In this document: piece by piece, positions 10,946-20,645 of the stretch
How the letters are laid out: each line of letters starts with the position of its first letter
Position numbering within the stretch: the first letter of the stretch is position 1
Notes under the pieces: generated by a model
Databases searched by the model: none
Seen by the model: only the letters and a program-made list of their open reading frames with translations
What the model was told of the DNA's origin: nothing
From: Octopus sinensis
Lineage: Eukaryota
Assembly (NCBI RefSeq): GCF_006345805.1
Contig: NW_021835781.1
Coordinates: forward strand, 1-38,195
Length of the DNA stretch: 38,195 bases
Reading direction: 5' to 3'
Translations under genes and position numbers: made by a program

Positions 10946-11964
10946 GGCGAGCTGACAAAATCGTCACCACACCGGAAAAAATGCTTAGCGGCTTTTCATC
11001 CGTCTTTACGCTCTGGCTTCAAATTCTACTGTGGTTGACGTTGATGAGGTGATGTAACAGTTACCACACCGAACGAAATCTTTGGCGGTATTTCATCTAT
11101 CAAGGGGGCGAGTTGGCAGAAACGGTAGCACACCGGGCGAAATGCTTAGTGTTATTTCGTCTGCGGTTACGTTCTGAGTTTAAATTCCATTGAGGTCGAC
11201 TTTGCCTTTCATTCTTTCGGGGTCGATTAAATAAGTGCCAGTTCCGCACTGGGGTCGATATAATCGACTTAATCCGTTTGTCTGTCCTTGTTTGTCCTCT
11301 CTGTGTTTAGCCCCTTTTGGGTACTAAAGAAATAGGTATTTCATCTGTCTTCACGTTCTGAGTTCAAATTCCACTGCGGTCGACTTTGACGAGCTGATGG
11401 AATCGTTAGTGCACCGGATGAAATGTTTAGCGGCATTTCATCCGTCTTTAGGTTCTGGGTTCAAATTCTACTGTGGTCGACTTTGGTGAGCTGATATAAC
11501 AGTTAGCAAATCGGACAAAATCTTTGGTGGTATTTCATCCGTCTTTACCTTCTGGGTTCAGATTCCACCGCGGTCAACTTTGAAGCTGATGGATTCGTTA
11601 GTACACCGGACGAAAGGTTTAACGTCATTTTATCCGTCTTTACGTTCTACGTTCAAATTCCACTATGGTCGACTTTGACGAACTGAGATTATCTTTAGCA
11701 CGCCGGACAAAGTGCTTAGCAGCATTCCATCCGCCTTTATGTTCTGCATTTAAATTTCGCCGTGGTTGACTTTGGTGAGCTTGCAGAATCGTTAACACAC
11801 CGGACAAAATGTTTAGCGGTATTTCCTCCATCTTTACGTTCTGGGTTCAAATTCAGCCATGATCGACTTTGCCTTTCATTCCGCTCGAGGTCGATAAAAT
11901 AAGTGCCAGTCGAAAACTAGTGTCGATGCAATTGCAGGCCTTGTGCCGAAATTTGAAACTAATG
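10946..11964 (+). repeat. Tandem array of seven ~97-bp SINE family A heads ending in a SINE body
   Basis: Unit starts (GAGCTG-like) at 10949, 11046, 11391, 11488, 11583, 11680 and 11777. Each carries a B-box-like GTTCAAATTC variant. The last unit continues into the SINE 3' body. Confidence 0.9.
11099..11334 (+). mobile_element. Younger SINE family A copy nested in unit 2 of the head array
   Basis: Full head, body and tail, flanked by identical GGTATTTCATCT (11087-11098 and 11335-11346). Removing the insert plus one duplicate (248 bp) restores the 97-bp period. Confidence 0.85.
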
Positions 11965-11989
11965 TTTTTGAAAATTAGTTATAAATTAT

Positions 11990-12560
11990 CAATGATGGCA
12001 GTGTGATCTTCAATAAGCTGTCAGTTGAACTTTTCGGTATCAGTGTAATCTTTTATAGTTATTAACTATGTAGTTATATAGTCTGGATTGTTTAGTAAGG
12101 AGATGGAACTGAACGTTGTCTGTTAGTGTAGTCTTTAAAATGACAACTGCCAAAAGTTTTGAATATTTTCAATGCGAGAACTTTTCCAACTCCCGAAACT
12201 GTTTAAAGCACGTCTCAAATCAGATATGATAACGCTTTGGGGGTTGATGGCATTTTTAACTTTTACAGTTTTTATTGTCGTTATGTATTCTTCCTCTAAA
12301 CAGCTATTGTTTTTATATTTAAGTTCGTTTGCAAAAATAAGTTTTCGAAACGTTTCTGCGGTCTTTTGGGTTTTTATTTTTAATGGTTAGCTTATCTATT
12401 TCTCTGCTTAACTCTGATTTGAATCATGGAATTTCTGAACGCTGTTTTCCAAAAGCTTAGAACTGAGATAACAGTTTTTGCTACCTAACTTTGCACCTTC
12501 TTAATCTATTATTTAAAGAGGATATTTTTTTTGTTTTAAACGTTCAGGTGTTCGCCTTTA
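11990..12560 (-). mobile_element. Old R4/Dong-like LINE relic (pre-RT and RT N-terminal region)
   Basis: Manual translation: LEEEYITTIKTV...VIISDLRRALNSFGSWKSSRIENIQNFWQLSF*RLH*...LLNNPDYITT*L matches the AL....NWK.PG.D.IQNFW.K....LH motif. Upstream LKQK..SLNNRLRR resembles the LKQK.......IRRY region. Confidence 0.65.
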
Positions 12561-13304
12561 TGTTTGATTTTTTTTCTGCATTTACTTAAAATACGGAATG
12601 TATTTTTGTTAAACTTTCTCAAAAGATTATCTACTTCATCTAGGTTCGTTTTACTTGCTTTGCTACGTAATGTATCTGTTCTCTACTTTCATTTACCCTT
12701 ACACGTGTCAGTTCTATGTTGGTGCTTACTGCCCTTTCTAACGATACATTGCATACATCGATTACTCCGTTGTGTAAGAAAATGGTTACGAAATCATTGA
12801 ACAAGATATTGCTTAATTATACGTATAAGAAATTATTTTATTCGGAAATATCAGCGAGCCATAATGACTTTATATATACGTTGGAGTGCTGGAAAATTCT
12901 TAGCTGTAAGAATATTGCGAAAAACCTAGTTCGAGGCCCAAACTTCTGTGATCTTTTACTGGGCTTAGGAAAACAGACGGACTGCTGTAATAGGTGTGTG
13001 AATCTGGGACGGAAATATGTTTAATAAAATCATAATTAACTGATCTTCCAGTAATTTCTTTCACCCAAAACCAGAAACTGTTCAGCATCCCCTCGTATTA
13101 AACACACGACTAGCTTCGTTCAGTTTCAGCACCCCTCGTATAAGCAATAGTTGAATTAGAACCAATGCTGTGGTCTTTTAATAGTCTGTCGAGGCGTTAG
13201 AAATAGCATTCGTATCACTGACAAATAACACACTCCTCTTACGAAAGGAAGGTCACATCTGGATAAAGCACTTCATGATATGGTATTTTTAAAATTGAAA
13301 ATAT

Positions 13305-13704
13305 ATTTTCTACTCTAGGCACAAGGCCCGAAATTTTTGGGGAAGGGGGCCAGTCGATTAGATCAACTCCAGTGCGTAACTGGTACTTATTTAATCGACC
13401 CCGAAAGGATGAAAGGCAAAGTTGACTTCGGCAAAATTTGAACTCAGAACGTAGCGGCAGACGAAATACCTATTTCTTTACTACCCACAAGGGGCTAAAC
13501 ACAGAGAGGACAAACAAGGACGGACAAACAGATTAAGTCGATTATATCGACTCCAGTTCGTAACTGGTACTCATTTAATCGACCTCGAAAGGATGAAAGG
13601 CAATGTCGACCTCGGCGGAATTTGAACTCAGAACGTTGCGGCAGACGAAATACCGCTAAGCATTTCGCCCACCGTACTTAACGATTCTGCCAGCTCGCGG
13701 CCTT
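13305..13704 (-). mobile_element. SINE family A dimer
   Basis: Head at 13704, internal aaagaaataggtatttcgtctgccgc junction, second body ending ...gggccttgtgcctagagtagaaaat. Confidence 0.9.
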
Positions 13705-13859
13705 ATCTGTAATGCAGAGAGTGTTATTTTCATCAAACATCTATCAGCTCTGAACTTGAAGGACCTTCAACTAAAACTAAGAGAAGGAAAACAGCTATCA
13801 AAATTACAACTAAATGGAGTGTCTAAATAATCACTCGACCTAATAGAAACTGCAGTCAA

Positions 13860-14235
13860 TCTGGCAAAAACGTTAGCACACCGGGCGAAATGCTTCGCGG
13901 TATTTCGTCTGCCGCTGCGTTCTGAGTTCAAATTCCGCCGAGGTCGACTTTGCCTTTCATCCTTTCGGAGTCGATTAAATAAGTACCAGTTACGCACCGG
14001 GGTCGATGTAATCGACTTAATCCGTTTGTCTGTCCTTGTTTGTCCTCTCTGTGTTTAGCTCCTTGTGGGTAATAAAAAAATAGGTATTTCGTCTGCCGCT
14101 ACGTTCTGAGTTCAAATTCCGCCGAGGTCGTACTTTACCTTTCATCCTTTCGGGGTCGATGTAATCGACTTAATCCCTTTGTCTGTCTTTGTTTGTCCCC
14201 TCTATGTTTAGCCCTTTGTGGGCAATAAAGAAATA
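13860..14235 (+). mobile_element. SINE family A dimer with 15-bp target-site duplication
   Basis: AGAAACTGCAGTCAA at 13845-13859 and 14236-14250. Slightly 5'-truncated head. Confidence 0.92.
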
Positions 14236-14431
14236 AGAAACTGCAGTCAAACCTACTTCAAATCACATTTGACTTTTTGTTTTTTCAAATAAAGTAACAA
14301 TGAATAAACTATGTCCGTGATAAACTATGTCTTAAAAAAAACTATAGTCACGGCTGGAACGCCTTTTGTTTACAGGCCAGCTGGATCAGAGTTGAACTGA
14401 ACTTAAAGAAAAATAACAACACGATATGGAA

Positions 14432-14449
14432 GGGTGGGGTGGGTGGGGG
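14432..14449 (+). other. G-quadruplex-forming motif
   Basis: GGG-T-GGGG-T-GGG-T-GGGGG: four G-tracts with 1-nt loops. Confidence 0.7.
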
Positions 14450-14835
14450 TTCCATCAATAAAATACCACACTCGATATATTTCTATTCGAGCTTTCATCA
14501 CGCAAACCTTGGTCCTCTGTGTATTCAAATGAAAACCTACATTAGACATCGATATTCGAATTGTTTACGTCAGAAAGAAGCAGCTCGGAGGCTGAGCGAG
14601 AAAAATTGCCAAAACGAGCCACGACTTTTCATTGTCGGTTTTGTATTTTCAAGTTTCGAATAAAAATGAAAAAAAAAAGCAATGTCATGTGTTTGATGGT
14701 GTTTTATCATTACAGTCTTTGTTGTTGTTTTTTTGGGGGTTTTTTTTCTTATTTTTCAGAATGATGTTTCATTTGTCGCTGACTGATATTGTTTTCGTAG
14801 TTGCAATGCGCTAAAATGCTCTAAACATTTATTGA

Positions 14836-15336
14836 TCCTACTACTACTGCTACTACTACTACTACTACTACAACCGTGACCACCACCACCACCACCACCA
14901 TCATCACCACCACCACCACCATCATCACCACCACCACCACCACACTACTACTACTACTGCTACTACTACTACTAGTAGTAGTACTAGTAGTAGTAGTACA
15001 CCACCACCACCACCACCACCACACTACTACTACTAGTAGTAGTAGTAGTAGTAGTAGTTAGTGGTGGTGCTGGTGGTGGTGATGATGGTGGTGGTGGTGG
15101 TGGTGGTGGTCACGGTTGTAGTAGTAGTAGTAGTAGTAGTAGTAGCAGTAGTAGTAGTGGTGGTGGTGGTGGTGGTGGTGGTGGTGATGATGGTGGTGGT
15201 GGTGGTGGTGGTCACGGTTGTAGTAGTAGTAGTAGTAGTAGCAGTAGTAGTAGTAGTAGTGGTGGTGCTGGTGGTGGTGATGATGGTGGTGGTGGTGGTG
15301 ATGATGGTGGTGGTGGTGGTGGTGGTGGTCACGGTT

Positions 15337-15373
<37 letters not shown>

Positions 15374-15430
15374 AAGCAGTAGTGGTGGTAGTAGTAGTAG
15401 TGGTATTATTAGTAGTAATAGTTGAAAGGT
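14836..15430. repeat. Compound (GTG)n/(TAG)n minisatellite with one inverted unit
   Basis: Marker GTCACGGTTG at 15109, 15211 and 15328; its reverse complement CAACCGTGAC at 14871. Confidence 0.9.
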
Positions 15431-16100
15431 GGTGGGTGGTGGAAGCAATAGCAGCAGTTGTGTAGCATCACGCCCGAACAAGATGTTTACCTGATTTCTC
15501 TCTTGTTTGGGTTTACAACATGTTGATTTGTTTTTGTTTTGTCTTTTCTAAAATTTCGATGTTTTTTTGTTTTTTTTTTTTAATATCGTGTCTTGTAACC
15601 CTGTTGTAGAATGGGGTGAACTGTTTGTATTTTCTATTTTTACCCCCCATTTCGCGAGAAAGAAATTTTTCGATGAAATTTTTTTGTTATTAATTTGTTG
15701 TTGTTTATTTTTTTTTTTTTTACATTCGATACGAGACAACGTGCCCCCCCCCCGCCCCACGCCCCTCAAATGAAACTCTGAAAATGAACACAACCACACC
15801 CAACGCAAACATTAAAAAAAAAAAAAATAGAAATTCAAAAACTGTTCATCTACACACTGCATACACTTCAGAAATTTCTACACACAATAAGTTAAGGGGA
15901 AACAACCTTAATGACACGATGAACAATGAAAAAACATCTGAGATAAATATAGAATAGTCATTCACACATATTTTGCCAAGTGAAAGTAATTTAACTAACG
16001 TTAATATGCAACTGAAGAAATTTTGCTCACAGTGCAAGACGCAAGCAGAGTTTGGACATCGAAAGAATTCAGTAAAAAAGGATGTGTAGTAGCGATTTGG

Positions 16101-16531
16101 GGATCTTTTCGGTTTCATCAGCAGTTTTTTTCTAGCAGTGCCATATGAAATTGTCACCCATAATTATGACCCTAGTATCGATCTATTGCATTTCAATCTG
16201 TTTTAGGGTTAGGGTTAGTTAGGTTTAGTTAGGGTTAGGGGAAGGGTATATTTTTTTCTTCACAAATGTAAATAAACCCAATCTGTTTCTTAAACGAGGG
16301 AATATTCATACGGTACATGATGTTTTTTACCTCAATAGACGTCAGTGATTGGTTGAAATTGCAGAAATTGAAGAAGAAAAACAACAAATATCTTACAAAC
16401 TATAGAATTTTCTCAATAAAGCCAAGAGAAAAAGATGTTTTATAAACACATTCTACCAGTATACGAAGTTTAAAAGCGTTTTAGTTACCTAGAAAGTATG
16501 TTAAAAACTGCCGTTCAAACCGAAAAGATCC
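16101..16531. mobile_element. MITE (non-autonomous DNA transposon, probably Mutator-like) with internal TTAGGG repeats
   Basis: 29-bp TIRs (16101-16129 and 16503-16531, 26/29 identical). Flanks GCGATTTGG / GCGATTTGT give a 9-bp TSD with one mismatch. TTAGGG-type run at 16203-16246. Confidence 0.85.
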
Positions 16532-16786
16532 GCGATTTGTCCCAAGAGTGTGTATCTCCTTTCCTGAGAATTCATTGGAGAACGGCCGAGAAGAGATACA
16601 ACATACCTCTGCTTCTCAAAAATCAAGTGTCCATTCGGTATGACCTCAAAAGACCCATTAAAAGAATTTGTTTGGTATGTTTCATTACTCGCGGCAGAAT
16701 ATGTAGGAGCCTCAGCCAGATTCTCAAGATTAAATACGAGGCTAAGTTACAGGGAGTTTTGTACGTTATTGTACATAGGCTCATCA

Positions 16787-16841
16787 TGAAACCATGTGGT
16801 TCGTAAGCAAGCTACTTACCACACAGTCACTCCTGCGCCAT
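16787..16841 (-). mobile_element. SINE family B head fragment
   Basis: Reverse complement: ggcgcaggagtgactgtgtggtaagtagcttgcttacgaaccacatgg. Confidence 0.8.
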
Positions 16842-16977
16842 GTTTTTTCCTTTCTTTTTTTGATCATCTTTTGTTTAAACTTTTTTGTTACACAATCTTT
16901 AGTTTTGATGACGCCGGCTTCTTCATGTGTTTCAACAATGGCTTTATGGCATTTATTCCATACCAACCTAAGCTATA

Positions 16978-17213
16978 GCTATTTCTTTACTGCCCACAAG
17001 GGGCTACACACTGAGGAGACAAAGAAGGACAGACAAACAGATTAAGTCGCTTACATCGACTCCAGTGCGTAACTGGTACTTAATTTATCGACCCCGAAAG
17101 GTTGAAAACCAAAGTCGACCTCGGCAGAATTTGAACCCAGAACATAACGGTAGATGAAATACCATTAAGCATTTCGCCTGACGTGCTAACTTTTCTGCCA
17201 GCTCACCGCCTTA
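16978..17213 (-). mobile_element. SINE family A
   Basis: Full head, body and tail, similar to 13460-13704. Confidence 0.9.
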
Positions 17214-17227
17214 AATTTTCTTTCCGT

Positions 17228-17463
17228 ATCTTATTTCTTTATTGCCCTCAAGGGGCTAAACATAGAGGGGGACAAACAAGGATAGGCAAAGAGATTAAGT
17301 CGATTACAGCGACCCCAGTGTGTTACTGGTACTAAATTTATCGATCCCGAAAGGATGAAAGGCAAAGTCGACCTCGGCGGAATTTGAACTCAGAACGCAG
17401 CGGCAGACGAAATACCGCTAAGAATTTTGCCCGTCGCATTAACGTTTCTGCCAGCTCGCCACC
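17228..17463 (-). mobile_element. SINE family A, tandem to the previous copy
   Basis: Full head, body and tail. It abuts the end of the R4/Dong RT relic at ~17464. Confidence 0.9.
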
Positions 17464-17917
17464 CTCTGCTTCGATATAGTTCTGGCAACTTATGAAACCT
17501 CTCCCATCCTTTCTTCTGCCCAAATACAGCCAATCGGTGTCAGTCATAGTGTGAAAGGTTCCGAGTACTGTCAACATTCTTCTGGTCTTGGGATCCATCT
17601 TCTTCACTTCTCTCTTTTGCCATTTTATAATTCCAGCTTCATACTAGATTGATGCTTTGACCACGTACATAATTGCTTGGAATTTATTCCATCCGGTCAA
17701 TTTTGAGTACAACACCAACTTCAGTCTTCAGAAATACTCCACCCTCAGTTGCTCTTCATTTCTTTTTCCATTATCTCATTGAACTCTAGTACTCCAAGGT
17801 ATTTGTATCCTTCCTCTTCAATTTGTTCAATCAAGTCTCTATTCGGTAATTCTATCCCTGCTAGGGACTGTACCTTGCCTCTTTTTAGGCAGATTATTCT
17901 GTACTTCATGGGTCCAA
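17464..17917 (-). mobile_element. R4/Dong-like LINE relic, RT domains 6-7 and thumb
   Basis: FGPMKYRIICLKRGKV...IELPN...EEEGYKYLGVLEFNEIMEKEMK / (frameshift) EYF*RLKLVLYSKLTGWNKFQAI...AGIIKWQKREVKKMDPKTRRMLTVLGTFHTMTDTDWLYLGRRKDGRGFISC matches the R4/Dong pattern (YKYLG, SKLN..NK..AIN, HP.SD..RLY..R..GGRGL). Confidence 0.9.
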
Positions 17918-17929
17918 ATAATAATAATA

Positions 17930-17949
17930 ATAATTATTATTATTATTAC

Positions 17950-18007
<58 letters not shown>

Positions 18008-18445
18008 GAGTGAGAGAGCAGTGCATGCCATCAAAGTGACACTGGGGTAAAATATACGAAGCCCAATATACCCATCATGACTACCCGTCTGATAAAGGTA
18101 CACCAGGCGCATGCATCACAACCATATGTGCGCGACGTGGTGATCTCATATCAAGATAAACAGCACATGACCTTGCAGGTGGGGCCCATGTAGAAATTTC
18201 TTCAGGTTGAGTAGCCCATCCCGCTCAAAAGGTCCCTGAAAAGGGTTGTTTAAGGATGTTGAAAGAACCACCCATGTTTCCAGAGGTGAATTATTCAAAC
18301 CCCAAAGAATCCCTCTCAACACATGGCTATGATGCTCCCCCACTACTTCTGCTCGTGATCAGAGTTGCACATATCGTCAGTCACTAAGGGACATGCTCAA
18401 CTGGTTAAGGTCAAACAACTGACAAGCAAATCTGTGGTATTGAGC
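17930..18445 (-). mobile_element. 3' end of a retroelement with (AAT)n tail (family X; probable 3' UTR of a TAA-targeting non-LTR element)
   Basis: Minus strand ends ...gtcactttgatggcatgcactgctctctcactc-(AAT)n. Four further copies in the window. No coding capacity recognised, so the class is inferred. Confidence 0.7.
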
Positions 18446-18455
18446 AGAATATTTA

Positions 18456-18458
18456 TTA

Positions 18459-18510
<52 letters not shown>

Positions 18511-18547
18511 TTCATCATCATCATCATCATCATCATCATTATTATTA

Positions 18548-18581
<34 letters not shown>

Positions 18582-18811
18582 CATCATCATCAACATCATC
18601 ATCATCATCATCATCATCATTATTATTATCATCTTCGTCATCATTATCATCATCATCATCATTATAATCATCATTATTATTATTATTATTATTATTAATG
18701 TTATTATTGTTATTATTATTATTATCATCATCATCATCATCATCATCATCATTATCATCATTATTATCATCGTCATCATCATCATTATAATAATAATAAT
18801 AATAATAATTA

Positions 18812-18845
<34 letters not shown>

Positions 18846-18860
18846 CATCATCATCATTAT
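18456..18860. repeat. Compound (TTA)n/(TCA)n microsatellite
   Basis: Directly visible. Confidence 0.95.
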
Positions 18861-18861
18861 T

Positions 18862-19010
18862 GGTTCAAATTCCACTGAGTTTGACTTTGCCTCTCATCTT
18901 TTCGTGGTTGAGAAGTTAAATACCAGTCGAGTACTGGGGTGTCGATGTAATCAACTAACCCCCTCCCCTAATTTTCCTGGCTTTGTGCCCAATTTGAAAC
19001 TATTCTCATT
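18862..19010 (+). mobile_element. 5'-truncated diverged SINE family A
   Basis: ggttcaaattccactgagtttgactttgcc...gtgcccaatttgaaac. Confidence 0.75.
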
Positions 19011-19610
19011 ATAGTCGCTATTATTCGCTAACCTATTCAGATGTGTTTTTCAAGCGCTAGATTTTATTGGAACGACTCGATGGAATAATGATTTCTGTTT
19101 TTATTCATCGATGATTTTGGAATTTTGCCCATAAAGAGTTGCGACGAAAAAACAAGATTTGTTGTGCCTTTGTTTTAGATTTTTAGTGATTTTTTTTTTA
19201 TATTTTTCATCCCTTTAGATACACGTACAAATAGCTACAAGTGACGGAGCCAACTTCCTCCCAAATATAAAATAAAATAACTATGCACAAAAGACAAAAG
19301 CAGACATGACAATAATCAACAAGCGCAAGGTCTCAGGGCATGACACACATTGTAAAATAAAAAAGACTGATAAATATTTTTCTATCATAAGTGTGAACAA
19401 TTTCAGCTCCTTTTTTTTGTTCTTTTTGGTAGTCACGACAGTAAGGACAGTAACTACAAAGCATTAATCACGCCCACGTTTTATAGAACGAAAATATTCA
19501 AAATATAGTGAATGAATTTATTAGTGACGGAAGCGCTCTAGTCAGAGACAGAGGCATATCTACAGTCCCTCGAAAAGTAGTGTCTTTCCTTGCTGTGCTA
19601 TTTTTCCAAG

Positions 19611-19725
19611 AGCAGGCAATGAAAAGCAGGCAGCTATCTCTCGAAAGGTGGAGTGGATGTTTTGTGCGCCGTCGAACGGGCCACAGACGGAAAGCCTGGT
19701 CGATGTTTCGAACTACGTTGGCAAG
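19611..19725 (+). CDS. Candidate exon in a CpG-rich segment (or 3' part of a first exon)
   Basis: ctatttttccaAG acceptor, AAG|GTATAT donor. Two frames are open. ATG at 19703 gives MFRTTLA. Confidence 0.2.
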
Positions 19726-19735
19726 GTATATAGAA

Positions 19736-19899
19736 GGTGCAGGAGTGGCTGCGTGGTAAGTAGCTTACTTACCAACCACATGATTCCGGGTTCAGTCCCA
19801 CTGCGTGTCACCTTGGGCAGGTGTCTTCTACTATAGCCTCGGGCCGACCAAAGCCTTGTGAGTGGATTTGGTAGACGGTAACTGAAAGAAGCCCGTCGT

Positions 19900-19978
<79 letters not shown>

Positions 19979-20210
19979 CTGTGTCTGTGTCTGTGTCTGT
20001 GTCTGTGTTTGTCCCCCCATCCAACATCGCTTGACAACCGATGCTGGTGTGTTTACGTCCCCGTAACTTAGCGGTTCGGCAAAAGAGGTCGATAGATTAA
20101 GTACTAGGCTTACAAAGAATAAGCCCTGGGGTCGAGTTGCTCGACTAAAGGCGGTGCTCCAGCATGGCCGCAGTTAAATGACTGAAACGAGTAAAAGAGT
20201 AAAAGAGTAA
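19736..20210 (+). mobile_element. Full-length SINE family B with internal (TA)n(TG)n and (GTAAAAGA)n tail
   Basis: A-box-like TGGCTGCGTGG, B-box-like GGTTCAGTCCC, CORE-like ACCTTGGGCAGGT, tail ggcggtgctccagcatggccgcag...gtaaaagagtaaaagag. Confidence 0.92.
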
Positions 20211-20399
20211 GTGTTTAATTCATCTCCAAAGCTCTTCCGAAAGAGGGTTACACGTAAGTTGTGTCGCTTACCTATGACTTAGTTTCAGGCGGTTTTAACA
20301 CCAGGTGCATTGAGAATGTATACTCTTGCGCTTAGAATGTATCCGACCCACAAACTAACAACATTCACACCTTGAGCATGTGAGTTCGATATTGTTTGT

Positions 20400-20446
<47 letters not shown>

Positions 20447-20467
20447 AATATATATATATATAATATT

Positions 20468-20645
20468 AATTAGAGACAAAACACTATTTTGCTAATAGTT
20501 TTATGTATTGGATTAAGTCTTTCTTTGTTTGATTTGCAAAATAGTGGTTTTGTCTCTAATTTAATATAATATAATATTTTACTATAAAATTGGATTCAAT
20601 CCTAAATCTGATTTTTCCCTGTAAATTTGGATTTATTCCCTAATA
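20468..20645. repeat. AT-rich interspersed repeat with a local 25-bp inverted duplication
   Basis: aattagagacaaaacactattttgc (20468-20492) is inverted at 20536-20561. Confidence 0.6.

Noticed and set aside
10946-11964. CRISPR-like regular spacing
   Set aside because: Whole units are homologous with no unique spacers, they derive from a tRNA-type SINE head, and there are no cas genes in this eukaryotic context.
16203-16246. True telomere or chromosome-fusion site
   Set aside because: Short, degenerate, single-orientation, and internal to a TIR/TSD-bounded MITE.
16532-16790. Open frames flanking the MITE (e.g. minus-strand ...GSFEVIPNGHLIFEKQR with a GAG|GTATGT donor)
   Set aside because: Only a vague Ig-like resemblance, a weak acceptor, and no compatible partner exon identified.
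19736-19810. tRNA genes at SINE heads
   Set aside because: A/B-box-like motifs are present but no cloverleaf, and they are fused to SINE bodies.
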